Positions 12,040 through 24,665 of a DNA stretch of 64,000 nucleotides are shown piece after piece. The stretch comes from Octopus sinensis. Taxonomy: Eukaryota. The DNA is taken from contig NC_042997.1 in assembly GCF_006345805.1 (NCBI RefSeq), positions 22,878,001-22,942,000 on the forward strand, read 5' to 3'. Each line of letters begins with the position of its first letter. Position 1 is the first letter of the stretch. A program made the translations under genes and the position numbers. A model generated the notes under the pieces. That model had not been told where the DNA came from. It saw only the letters and a program-made list of their open reading frames with translations, and made no database searches.

Positions 12040-12265
12040 CACATAAAGGCACCCTGTGCCAGTGCCACATAAAATGCACCCATTGCTACATATAAGGTGC
12101 CTAGTACACTCTCTGCAGTGGTTAGCATTACAAAGCGCATCTAACTTTTGAAACAATACCAAAACAAACAGTTGGAGCCTGGGCAACTCTCCAGCTGACC
12201 AGCTCCTGTCAAACCATCCAACCCATCCCAGCATGGATAACATGTTAAATGATGATGATGATGAT
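12040..12265 (+). mobile_element. Family C RTE-tail copy (degraded)
   Basis: gccacataaaggcacc units, then ...catccaacccatcccagcatgg...ttaaatgatgatgatg. Confidence 0.75.
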
Positions 12266-12285
12266 AATTATTATTATTATGATGT

Positions 12286-12522
12286 TAAGGTGATGAACTG
12301 GCAGAATCATTAGCATGCCTGGCAAAATGCTTAGCAGCATTTCTTCGTTTTTACGTCCTGAGTTCAAATTCCACTGAGGTCAACTTTGTCTTTCATCCTT
12401 TTGGGGCCGATAGAATAAGTACCAGTTAAATGCTGGGGTCAATGTAATCGACTTAACCCCTCCACCACCCTCCCAGAATTGCTGGCCTCATGCCAAAGTC
12501 TAAACTTATTATTATTATTATT

Positions 12523-12553
<31 letters not shown>

Positions 12554-12700
12554 GGGTGGCAGAATCATTAGCATGCCAAGCAAAATGCTAAGTGGCATTT
12601 TGTCTGTCTTTATGTTCCTCAGTTCAAATTCCACCAAGGTCGACTTTGCTTTTCATTCTTTCAGGGTCGATGAAATAAGTACCAGTTACACACTGGTACT
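12286..12700 (+). mobile_element. Two tandem tRNA-headed SINE family B copies separated by (ATT)n(AAT)n
   Basis: Head aaggtgatgaactggcagaatcattagcatgcc, box B gagttcaaattcc, core gtc(a/g)actttgcctttcatccttt.ggggtcgat.aaataagtaccagt, present twice. Confidence 0.85.
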
Positions 12701-13719
12701 TGTTATTATTATTATTGTTCTATTTATTTAGCCAAAGGAAAGCCATGCCCTGGAACTTTGCAGGCCTTCTTAGACAAGTAAGATCAAGTGTCTGGGATGG
12801 TTGCATATTGTTCAGTTTGAAATCTTGTTGGTCAATATTTGTAATGAGGGAAAGGAAAGTATTATAAGATGTATTATCTTGAGAGGAAAGTTTCTCAAAG
12901 TATTTATTGTAGTGTTTGAGGTAATAAGAGAGGATGAGTGCTTTGGATCATCTTAAGAAGATATAATTTGAAGCTTTATAATTTAAAGTAGTAATAGAAT
13001 GTACAGAGAAAGAGGGAAGAAGACGTCTGTAAGCTGTAAGCATATCAGTGAGTGAGGCTACACAGTCAGTTTGGTTGACCTTTTCTTAAATGCTATCTTA
13101 AATGTTGGTGTATCTAATCACTCGCATCATCTCAAAAAACATTGGTCGACACATTAATGTGGACTTTATTTGATTTTGAGATTAAGTGTTTTCTGTTCTT
13201 GAAGAGAAAACTTAGTATTTAATGAATTTCTACATTTGTAGTGATCAAGAAAGATCATCAAATGATGAGTTGCTTTAAAGGGTTTTAGATGTACATTTTG
13301 GACGAGTCCAGAGGTGTGTAATTCCAAGACTGCCTCATTGATTATATATAGTGATTGTCTGTATTTATATATTCATTTAGTCAGAGGAGAGATATGCTCT
13401 GTTAACAGGAACTTGGAATATTAGGTTGTAATGTCCCCATTGGAAAATGTTTTTGAAGTTTATGTTCATAGAAGCAATGCAAACCTGGCAAACAAGATTC
13501 TTCTCCTTTATTTCTTGTTTTAAGCAGCTCAAGCACTGCAATATCCTTTTTTTTAGCAAAAATCTTTACCTTCTAATTTTTCATTTCTCTCACTTCACTT
13601 CTCTTAAAACTGCTGTTATTTCACAAAACAAATATCTCTTGTAATGAATGCAAGATTAGGTACTACTGTTGCCATTTAATACATAGCAATGTCAATCAGA
13701 TACAGATAAGTAGATTTAA

Positions 13720-13921
13720 CTCTTTAGCACTTAAATTGGTCATATCTTTGCTTTATTCTGAAAATGACCAGATTCAGCTTCTCCCACCTACCCTATAACA
13801 TCATTCTAAAAATAAGTAATTATATCATTGAAATCTCGAAGATCTGAGATAATGCATGAATAATTCAAAACTGTGAATAAATAAAAATTGTATTGGACAG
13901 AGTCATCTGAATACTGAAGGG
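13720..13921. mobile_element. piggyBac-type MITE, opposite orientation to the 5750 copy
   Basis: TTAA flanks at 13716-13719 and 13922-13925; termini CTCTTTAGC / TACTGAAGGG. Confidence 0.8.
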
Positions 13922-14299
13922 TTAAGAAACAGTTCATCTAATTTCTTTCACATAATCTTTTGGGTTTTTTTTAAATGTTTAATTGCAATGAAAATGGTAT
14001 GGTACTAATGTGTTATTGTACATAGCTACATCTTAGAATTTTTATTCTTTTAATCTTAATTTACCTGTCATCTTTGTAGAATAGTGCAGAGCAAGTACTA
14101 AGTAGACTGATTCAATGGACAATATGAAATTCTATATACTTGATTTAAATAAATTACTGTATTGTAGTTTACAGTTGCTTCATTTCTAATGGTACCATTT
14201 TTAATTGAAAACTTGATTTTAGTCTATCTTCATCAATGAATGTAAAAAATGATTTATAAAATTTTATGCAACATCTTTTAATACATTTTTTTTTTTCAG

Positions 14300-14360
14300 T
14301 TGCCAGCCGTATTTTTTGTTTCCTTCGCAATGCTTGTTATTTGTTTACTTTTGCCTGATG
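14300..14360 (+). CDS. SACM1L: SAC1 penultimate coding exon, first TM helix (LPAVFFVSFAMLVICLLLPD)
   Basis: Acceptor (t)n cag| and donor G|gtaagt; 61 nt, phase 0-1; in frame with the previous exon. Corresponds to human [20 protein letters not shown]. Confidence 0.93.
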
Positions 14361-16100
14361 GTAAGTTTTTCAAATATTAAATTTTTTTAAATGCCAAATT
14401 GTAAGATTCTTATGTGTTGGTTATTTTCATTCTTTCACTTTTAATGTTTAAAGTATCCATAATTTGCTATTTAAATGTTACAATGATGGGAATTTTTTTT
14501 ACTATTGAACTATAGGTCATGAGTTTAAATTCTGGTTTAAATGTGTTCTTGTGAAACCACTTTATCATCCAGCTTAATCTTTCATTCTTGAAAACAGACA
14601 TCAATTATAATTCATGATTGAGTAACTGATGCTAAGAACAGCTTCTAGTTGTTAAAATGCCTATTTTTAAAACTTTATTGTAACTCCTGCTGAAATTTGT
14701 TTCTGTGCATCTATAATATCTAAAGTCATTATCTGTCAGTCTGCCAGAGATCCTACTGCATCTTTTGTGTATCTATTACTTACATTTAAGTAGTGTATAC
14801 TAGTCCCTATCTACTTCCTTCCTACATATCAAGCAAAACCACTTCCAAAATAACACTGGGGTTGTCCATTACTAACAAGATCTAGACTTCAGAACATTCT
14901 TCCCGGTTTTGAACTTTTTCTGCAACTCTTTAATGGATTCTGCTCTTAAAACAATCAACACATTGAAATTCTGAAGAGCATTTAGTCTTGATCTCCATCA
15001 GAGAGATAACACTTCACTAAACTCACTATCAATTGTATCCTTAGTCCTAGTACCCTTGTCCATAGCTTAACACTCGCAAATCTTTCCCTTGAGAGTAAGA
15101 AAGAGAAAGAAAGTGAAGTCAACAAGAAGAATAAGCTCATTAAAAAATAGCTTATTTCAAAATTTAGTTTGTGTAGGCATACAAATGAATAAGAAAAGTG
15201 AATATATAACATGAGAAGCCATGTTTCATTGGGAGATAAGCATTTTAGATTTTAACCTATCACAGACAGATGCCTTTAATTTTTTTATAGTAGAGAAATT
15301 AAAATAATAGGTATATTTATTACCTTCTGATGTTGAACAATATTCTTCTAGGTTACCAGTGGTCCTACTCAAAACTGGTGTTCACATCATTAGAATATTT
15401 CATTACACAAAGTTGATATACTTGTGATATGAGGAGGTATTGAAGAAATTTTTGTTTTGTATGATGTTGCAAAACTTGGTGTAATTTTACATTGTGCAAT
15501 AGCATCCACTTCAGCATTGGTTTCAAAGTAAATAATACAATACATGACTGTTCATTCAGCTATTTCTGCTTTACAGTTTTCTGGATCATGAAACATTATT
15601 CTGTATCTATCTTCATTTACTACTGCTGTAATTGTCTATGACATGAAAAGTTGTTCTTTCTTTCTCTCTCTCTCTCTCTTTTTTTTTTTTTTTTTTTTTT
15701 TTTTGGTGGGTGCCACTTAATTGAGCTAGTATTCTTGTGTTAGTATATTTATTAGATCAAATATCATTTTAGATTGTTTAAAAACTTCTATTGAATTTGA
15801 GTTTACTCATGTCAGAATGTATACTTTGAATTGCTTTCCTTTACGTAATCAAGAGGGTACATTCACACATTTTATATTTTAAAATTCTTACACATTTTCA
15901 TCAAAATAAGATCAAGATATCTGATTGTGTATATAATGATGTCTACTCCTTCTTCAGTGTTTGTTATAGGAATGATCACTAAAAAAACAAAAGCAATAGA
16001 TAAGCCAAACTTATGTGCAATTTTACACTTTATTTAACTTATTTGTAACTTAATGTCTCTTATACTTGTTTATTTTTTATATTTATCTCTATATTTTCAG

Positions 16101-16237
16101 AACATGCCACGGAACAAATATTATACATATTTTTCTGGGGTGGCTTTTGCATTTCATCAGTGTTGGCCATCTATATGTTTGGAGAGGTATTTGTTGATGC
16201 ACCTCGTCTGGCACAAGCAAAAGTACAAATAGACTAA
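16101..16237 (+). CDS. SACM1L: SAC1 last coding exon, second TM helix and C-tail (EHATEQILYIFFWGGFCISSVLAIYMFGEVFVDAPRLAQAKVQID*)
   Basis: Acceptor atattttcag|; phase 1 joins G|AA = Glu; stop TAA at 16235-16237. FVDAPRL motif as in human ...GKDFVDAPRLVQKEKID. Confidence 0.95.
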
Positions 16238-16821
16238 CAGTGATGGTACTAATTACATTTATATGATGAAGATGACAATGGGCAAGATGATGACGATGAC
16301 GATTTTTCCTCCCCCAGTCCATTGTTATTTCAGATACTGTAAGAATACTTAAAAACAATTTTTTAAAAAAATCTATTTCTAGATAAAAGTTTTTACAAAA
16401 CTATTATATTCATTTATGAAATCGTAATCAAATTAACCCCTTAATTATTTCCCCTTTCATAGTTATTTAGACTTATCACATTTGAGAATATATACAGACA
16501 CACACACGTGTGCGGTATTATACTTCGATAGCAGGAATCAGTGGTTAAAAAATTCTGTTGTCCCTTTCTTGTTATCACCCTTTTGAAGCATTATACAGAA
16601 TTATCATTATGTAATGTAATACTCAGTAATGTTTGTGTCACATGAAATTTTTTAAAATGTCCTTAGCATAAAGGTTTTAGGTCTCAGAATCTAGAAAAGC
16701 TAGTTTCAGATAAGCTCTGTAGTAAAGATATTTGAAATGAATTCCAAAAATTCATACATATGCATTCCGTTCATTGACATCATTGCTAATCTTGTTAGAA
16801 ATATTTTGTCACTTGATTATA

Positions 16822-17816
16822 AATAAAAAAATATCTTTGTTATTTATTGATGCTTATTTATTAATCTTTATTCATACCTCAGTTTGAAATGCATTAATAA
16901 AACGAAGGATTTATAATTATATTTAATAACCAATTACAACCAAATTAATTATCTCTATAAACAAAGTACATTGAAACTTGAACATTGTGTTAGAAAGCAA
17001 TTTGCTTTTACTATCATTGGTGCTAATCCCCTAAACCTAAATCACAATGTCTTTAAAACAATATTGAAGAGTTATAGATACCATAATTGAATTTTTTTTT
17101 TAAATTCTAACTCCAACAAGTATCCAATGAAAAATAACACTGGAAAAGTACTTTCTATGATTCAATATAATTTAGATTTTCAATGACAGCCTTTTGTTCT
17201 AAACTGAAATAATATGATTATCAAATCGTATTTTAGTTCTGTACATTTTTTCAATTGGATAAATTATTAATTAAAATTTGCTCTCTCATCACACAAAAAT
17301 AAATTGCACTTACTGCAGTGTAGATCAAACTAAATTTTTAATTATGTCTTCATACATGATATCATTATATTTTGGTTAGCACTTTGAACTCTAAATCCAA
17401 TGATCTGAGTTCAAGTCTTTGTATAACCTAGAAACTTAAATTTCTCCGTCCAACCCATGCAGTATGGAGAAGCGGACGTGAAATGAAGGTGATGATTTTA
17501 TGTGTGTGCGTGTGTGTGGATATGTACATGTGTGTATACACACACACACACACACACACACACGAAGAATTGAAAACATAGTAAGACTTTTTAGAATGTA
17601 AAGGCTGTATTTTAAAATTGGTCTAAAAATATTTATAGATGATGAATGTTATTTACATAGGTCATTGGTACAAGACTAATTACTTTAGTTAACATCTGTT
17701 AAACTATTGTAATGCACATTTTTGCACTGAATATTGTTAATATCAGCTGATGTTTATATGTATGTATTATAACATTGAAAAATTGCTTCTACTTAATCTA
17801 CATTTTATAGAATAAA
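16822..17816 (+). promoter_or_regulatory. Candidate SAC1 polyadenylation signals (AATAAA at 16822, 16896, 17811)
   Basis: AATAAA hexamers downstream of the stop; the 17811 site is followed by a U/GU-rich stretch. AATAAA is common by chance in this AT-rich DNA, so true usage is unknown. Confidence 0.25.
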
Positions 17817-18104
17817 GATTTCTATTTGGGCTTCAACAAAATCAGAATCATTCTTTTGTTCATCGTGTGTTTTAAATTTATCTAACTCAAGAATAGACTA
17901 TTGTTTTCCTAAAAAGTTAGAGATCTAGGTAAGTTATCAAAAATTGAAATCAATAAAATAATATTGTTCTGTAAAAGCAAGAAATTTGGGAAATAGTTAT
18001 TTTCATTTACCAAACAACAATCATCAGTTAATACTGTGTATATTTTGTCATCAATAAAATGTGTTAAATTGATATAAGTGACTTTCAGAAAAACAATAAA
18101 CTAA

Positions 18105-18470
18105 TATAGCTGTGTTGTAAGAAGTTTGCTTCTCAACCACCTGATTCTGGGTTCACTTCCACTGTATAGCACCTTGGGCAGGTGTCTTCTGTTCTTATCT
18201 AGGGTCAACCAAAGCCTTGTAAATGGTTTTTATAGACAAAAACTGAAAGAAGCCCATCGTATATATGTATATATATTTATGTATGTGAATGTGTATTCAT
18301 GTTTTTTATCTGGCTTGATTACATCCTCGTAAATTAACCGACCAGCAAAAGAGACTGTTAAAATAAGTGCCAGCCTTTAATTAAAAAGTAAGTACTGGGT
18401 TTGATTTATTCAAGTAAATCCATCAAGGCAGTTCCCCAGCTTGACCACAATCAAAGTAAAAAATAAAAGC
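18105..18470 (+). mobile_element. SINE family A (degraded, internally deleted)
   Basis: gctgtgttgtaagaagtttgcttctcaaccac...ggttcacttcc...ccttgggcaggtgtcttc...aactgaaagaagccc. Confidence 0.75.
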
Positions 18471-19299
18471 TATTCAAAGATTGTTCACAAACATCTACAA
18501 AAGTTGTAAAATGTCAGTTTCATAGATTTATTGATTTTTAAATAAAACACCTGTTTGCATATTGTTAAATTTTATGTCAAATGTGTTATCTGGTTAGTTA
18601 CTTGTACTGACATTAAGATAAGCAGTTAAGATTATAGCACAGATCAAATAGTGAGATGGACACCTGAGTTAGAATGACATTTGGGTAACACCTGGCACTA
18701 GTTGTTATTTTAATGTTATGATGAAAATTTTTTAAACAGGTTAAGGTGTTGTGTTTCACGTTATTTGTAATGATTATTTCACCATTTAAACACATTATAA
18801 AATAATAAAATGGTATTACAGTTATAAAGTTTTAATCTCAATGTTAGAAGAATTGCATCAAACAAAATGTATTTTGAATAAAAAAAATCTGAAACTGAAT
18901 TGATTATCAATATATGTAATGATTGCTTGAAATTTTTCTCCAGAGCTTAAACATAAGCTTCAGATATATCAGTTTACTATCAAGATATTTGAGCTGTGGT
19001 TTCAGTCATTACTTAGAATGAAGGGTTATGTACAGCCTAAGGTGAAATAAACATCAGAGATGCTTTGCCCATATAGAAACTGCAGGAACTACATGGAAAT
19101 TTTGCCAGCTCTTATAAACCCAATGCAATACTGGAAACCCTTCCATATCATTAGCAGGTATCTCAGGGTCACAAGCATTTCACCCCTTAGCTTGTAAACT
19201 ACACCTGAGTAGGGTAGCAAGGACTTAACTTTGCTTGCAGAAAGGTTCCAGTTGTGGTCTCTTATCAACTATAGCCACCTTAAGGTTGTTACAGTTTAA

Positions 19300-20797
19300 C
19301 ACTTTAGCGTTTAAACCGGCCATATCCAGCTTATCACACCTACCCTTCAATTTCATTCTAAAAATGTACGATCACATCATCAAAGTTTTTAATCTAAAAG
19401 ATATTGCATGATTAATTAAAGACAGCTGTACAAACTATGTAGAGGGATGCTGTTAGTAAGGTGAGTCACCAATAAGTACAGCGAGGAATTTAGTGTATAA
19501 GTAGGAGTTCACCAGGGTTCAGTTCTTAGCCTCTTTATATTTATCATGGTCCTTCAAGCTATTACTGAGGAATTTAAGACTAGCTGCCCTTGGGAGCTCC
19601 ACTATACTGATGACCTTGTTCTTATTGCTGAATTGCTACCAGAACTAGAGAAGAAATACAAGTATAACAGCAAAGACCAAAGTATTGATAAGTAGGAAAA
19701 CAGACAAATCGCAGATCCCTTCAGGGAGATGGCCCTGTTTAATATGTAGAAAAGGTGTCAAAAAACTCCATAAGGTATACTTAGTGCAAGCTATGGATAC
19801 TTAAGAGTGCAGTGGTATCATTGGATGATTAACAGAGAAGGTAGTCTTTACATGTGGCAAATATGCTGGTACATTAAACACCAGGAATGTAAAAAAAATA
19901 GACTCTCCCATATGCCAGTGGGGATCACTGGAAGTAGTAGACAGTTTCCATTTTTCTTAGGTGGCCAAGTTAGTAGTGGGGGTGGTTGTTCCAAAAGCAT
20001 ACCTTCTAAAATAAGAATAGGCTGGGCAAAGTTCAGAGAGCTACTATCTCTCTTAGTAATGAAGGGCCTCTCCCTCAGAATGAAAGGCAGTTTATACAAT
20101 GCCTGTGTATGAACAGCTGTGCTATGTGGCAGTGAGACATGGCCTTTGACTACTGAGGATATGCAAAGACTTGAAAGAAATGAAGCTAGTATGCTTCATT
20201 GGATGGGTAATGGCAGTTGTACATATAAAACAGAGTGTAAGTGATCTGAGAGAAAAACTGGGTATATGTAACATCAGATGTAATGTGCAAGAGAGAAGAC
20301 TGCATTGGTATAGTCATGTAATGCCTATGAATGAGGAACAGTTGCATCAAGAGGTGCCAATTTCTAATTGTTGAAGGGGTAGATGTGGGACAAAGTGGTG
20401 AGAAAGGATCTACAGATGTTGGCACTCACAGAGAGGATGATAGGGGACCAAGACTCCTGGAGGGTTGCTGTGTTTGAAAAAACATGTCAAGCTGAGTAAA
20501 AGCATGGTTGTCCTTACATACAGGCTCATCCCCTGCAATCTTCTCCAGCTGAGCATCCCTAATCTTGTGTGCTCATAGGTGCTAGGGCCATGTAAAAAGC
20601 ACCTGTGCCAGTGCTGCATAAATGCACCCAGTACACTTTGTAAAGTGGTCAGCATTAGGAATGGCATCCAGCCATAGAAACCATACCAAAACAGACGAGA
20701 AGTCTGAACAGCTGGTCAGCTCCTGTCAAACCATCGAACCCTTGCCAGCATGGAGAACAGATGTTAAATGATGATGATGATGATGAATGTAAAAGGG
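19300..20797. mobile_element. piggyBac MITE split by an RTE LINE insertion
   Basis: TTAA + MITE left part at 19300-~19423; MITE right terminus gaatgtaaaaggg + TTAA immediately after the RTE (TGA)n tail. Confidence 0.65.
19424..20786 (+). mobile_element. 5'-truncated RTE-clade LINE (decayed RT and C-terminus, 3' UTR, (TGA)n tail)
   Basis: Translates to VGVHQGSVLSPLLFIMVLQAITEEFKTSCPWELHYTDDLVLIAE..., RIGWAKFRELL...LYNACV, GSETWPLT, RRLHWYSHV, with stops and frameshifts. Confidence 0.92.
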
Positions 20798-22576
20798 TTA
20801 AAGAACTCAACTATCCTGTAATTTTCAAATCTGCAAGCTAAATGTAAATTCTTACTTCATACTCTCTCTCTCTCTCTCTCTTACACACACATATTTGATG
20901 TGTGTTTGAAGAATAGTAATGGAACATTTCCTGGCGGGGATGACTCTATATTGAAAGGAGAATCAGTTCATTATAAAGATCAAGTTAATTAGGACTTCAA
21001 ATTTCACCTACCAACCATTATATATATTTGCTTTCATAGCTCTATTCCACCCTAGGTAGATAATTCTCTGTCCTTCTCTCCTTAAAGAGCCAGATGTATT
21101 TTGACGACAAGATAAAATTTTATTTATTCCTGTGACTAAATTTGTCCACATGTTGTGTGAATTGTGCCTTAAAAGTGTTCTCCGTGAGCCCATTGCAGCA
21201 AAAATTTTATCCATGTTTTCTAGTCCATGTCTGAGGAGGGAACTTGCATGTCAAGGAAACTCTACAATAACAGGTTACTTTCTAGGTCAGCCAAAAGAGA
21301 TTTTTTTTTTCAGACATAAAGCTAGTTTCTCTAAATATTGAGCCTAAAATTAAATAATCTGAAGTTTATGTAAAGGAATTTTACTGTTATCTTCAGATGA
21401 ATTTGTATATGAACATCCATGGATATTTAGCTCTTATGGTTCAGAGTATCAAAGTAATGGTTCTATAAAAAAAGAACTAAAAAATGATATGAAATTTACT
21501 AAAAACAAGTGGTGATTGGATTAGCATATTGAATTGAATGCCTCACAGTATTTATTCTCTTGGCTTTTGGAATTCAAATCTTGCCAAGATCAACTTTGCT
21601 TTCATCCTTTCAAGGTTGAAAAAAGTATCAATTCAGAGTGGAGAATAAGTGAAATTCTTAGATGTTAAATGCTGGATAGGATGCCTCACTGTTTGTTCCA
21701 GTTCTGTGCATTCTGAGTTCAAATTTTGCCTCATCACCATAAAACAGAAACTACAGCAATTTGAAATACCAAAAGAAACACAGGTTCCTTTGTTTGTACA
21801 GAAAAATCAACTGTTGCTACCATCACCACTACAGTTACTTATGGAAAAAAAAAAGGTCTCCTTCTGAATCACAGGAGCTGAATGTATGAAGATATCCATT
21901 GTGATCCATAAATAGCTAACTAGTTGAGCAAATTGTCCATCAGAAGTTAGTTTGATTTCAAATAGTCAAAATTTTAGAGCCTTTCCAGTATGAAAGATGA
22001 TTTTTCTGATGAAGGAACACCTTTCAATATTGTTGTACAGCTTAACCTAAAGAGAAAGTATTGCTATGAATGATAGGAATTTCCTCCACTGAACATCACA
22101 ATACTTAGCAGAAACACATTTCAATTATGTATGTGTGCATGTATATATATATATATATATACATACATACACATAGGAATTCATTTGAATGTGATGAATC
22201 ACTGTCACAACATAAGTCCACATTACAGGCAATCCTTCAGGTGACAAAATGATAAATGAAAGAACTTGCTTAGATGAATCAGTAACATGGAACTCATTAA
22301 ATTTTTCAATTTTCACTGTTTTGTTATTTATCTTTAGTCGGGTGATATGGGTTGGGGTGTGCAGCAAACTGAGTTTGATGATCTGTTGATGGGTTGAGTT
22401 TCCATCTTTTTTTTCAGCAGTGTATCTGGAACTATGTTATTCAATGTGTCCTTCCTTATTCAAGAATATAGGCTATGATTTAAAGAAATTTTTCCACTAT
22501 TCTTTTATAGATGATGGTAGAAGCACCCAGCAATATCAATGATTGTAATTTTCTGTATAGTAGGAATCCATGTGAT

Positions 22577-22795
22577 AAGGTGGCGAGCTGGCAGAAACGT
22601 TAGCACACTGGGCGAAATGCGTAGCTGTATTTCGTCTGCCGTTACGTTCTGAGTTCAAATTCTGCCGAGGTTGACTTTGCCTTTCATCCTTTCGGGGTCG
22701 CTAAATTAAGTACCAGTTACGCACTGGGGTCGATGTAATCAACTTAATCCATTTGTCCTCTCTGTGTTTAGCCCCTTGTGGGTAGTAAAGAAATT
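22577..22795 (+). mobile_element. SINE family B (tail type 1) with 14-bp TSD
   Basis: TSD GGAATCCATGTGAT at 22563-22576 and 22796-22809; tail tttgtcctctctgtgtttagccccttgtgggtagtaaagaaat. Confidence 0.92.
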
Positions 22796-23201
22796 GGAAT
22801 CCATGTGATTGCAAAGCAAACTCCTTAACCACACAAACATACACACGCTTGTATTTCATTAGAAGATAAACCTTTTTGAATCATATGTTTGAATTTCTCA
22901 TTTCTGAATACTCACAGCAACATAGTAGGAGATTGACATGACAATATATAAACAAAAATATTCATAAACACATTGAAATATGATGGTTAACAGTACATCG
23001 TAATTTGATTGGTTGCTGCAAAATCATTAGAAAATGCCTCACACATTCACCTAAGCTTTGCTATACATAGAACATGATATTTTTAATTCTTGATATTAGA
23101 AAAACATGTTTCCATGCCTTCCATATAAATCACACTTAGGAAAAAAGAATTTGCTATTGTTGATAAAGTTTTTTGTTAGTATTGTTAGATTGATTAATTA
23201 A

Positions 23202-23590
23202 TGGCATTGCTGTGTGGTAAGAAACTTGCTTCCCAACCACATGGTTCTGGGTTCAGTCCCACTGCATGGCACTTTGGACAAATGTCTTATATAGCCTCAG
23301 GCTGACCAGAGCCTTGTGGTTGGATTTGGTAACTGGAAACTGAAAGAAGCCTGTCATGTGTGCGTCTTTGTGTCTGTGTTTGTTCCCCATCACTGCATGA
23401 CAATTGGTGTTGGTGCGTTTACATCCCTATAACTTAGCATTTTTGGAAACAGAGACTGATAGAATAAATATCAGGCTTTAGAAAAACAAAAAGCACTGCA
23501 GTCAATTCATTCAACTAAAAATTCTTGAAGGTGGTGCCCCAGCATGGTCACAGTCTAATGACTGAAACAGGCAGATAAAAGGTAAAAGAG
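23202..23590 (+). mobile_element. SINE family A, full length, older
   Basis: Head gctgtgtggtaagaaacttgcttcccaaccacatggttctgggttcagtccc; tail gtctaatgactgaaacagg. Confidence 0.85.
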
Positions 23591-24129
23591 GTTTGTTTTT
23601 AAAATATATATATAACCATCTTTCATGGTATGAAAAATCCATTGTGTAGAAAATATAATTTTGTAGCCAATTAATAGTTGGAAATTTCTTAATAAATAGT
23701 GAGGGAAGTGTCTAAAAGAATTCACCAATTCTGTTTTTTTGTTTTTTTATGTTCACAGTTACTAAAGGGTGTAATTGAAAGTGATATATTGTCAACAGAC
23801 ACAGGTCACACCTTCTGGAGTAATTAATATAGTGGGATATATGTTCCATGTTGGACCAATTGATCCTTAATTGTTAATATTTGTCATCCTTAATTGGATT
23901 ATGAAGTAGTGTCTTTCTGAGTGTTTAAATGTATACATATGCTGCAAAAATGTAATTTTAAAGGGGTTATCAGTAAACCTTACACCACTTTCTGTGTCAG
24001 TACCATCTACAAGATGAACTCCTTCCTAATAGTATCCATTGTATTTCCACTCATACAGCACAAAATAAATAGTGCATCATAGCAGTAAAGACCAAGCACT
24101 AAAATTTTATTAACAGACAGGTGCAAACT

Positions 24130-24665
24130 ATCAAACACCTGCCATCATCGACCTGTCTACCTATTATATCAGTCTTTATAAAAGTGTGGTAAAAATGGAA
24201 TTTTAAGTTAATGGTAATGACCAAGATAAACTTTGGGCAATCCTGATGTGTCCAGTGATTTAGATAAACATGAACAATTTGTTGCATCACACTGGAGTGG
24301 TGATTTGGATCTTCTAAAAGCGAAAAAGACAATCTACACATTCATTAGGTTCACAACCAGCTACAGTTAGTGTTACTTAAAAATATTTACAACAATCTTC
24401 AGAGTGTACTGCCAATCTTCAATATTTTAACAAGCATTTCTGCTACATTGTATTCAGCAGCGTACTCTTTCAGTAAACTGAGATGAATGTAGAATTATCT
24501 GGAGTGTACAATGGGCCAAATATGATTAAACAATGTAGTAATACTAAATATTGTGTGAAAAATAAGTCAACATGACTGCTGGCAAAAACGTTGACCAAAT
24601 TGGCACATGATTTTTTTTCAATCAGCCTAAAATGCTTTGCAGCTAAAAAGAGAGTCAGTTCTGTT
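24130..24665 (+). pseudogene. Fossil hAT transposase C-terminus (dimerisation domain)
   Basis: Reads ...ILTSISATLYSAAYSFSKLR*M*NYLECTMGQI*LNNVVILNI, matching the hATC pattern ERSFSKLK.IKNYLRSTMGQERLN.L.IL.I; multiple stops. Confidence 0.7.

Noticed and set aside
22006-22028. Hammerhead ribozyme (CTGATGA-AGG-AACA-CCT)
   Set aside because: The stem is followed by TTCAAT rather than GAAA, and no stem I is evident.
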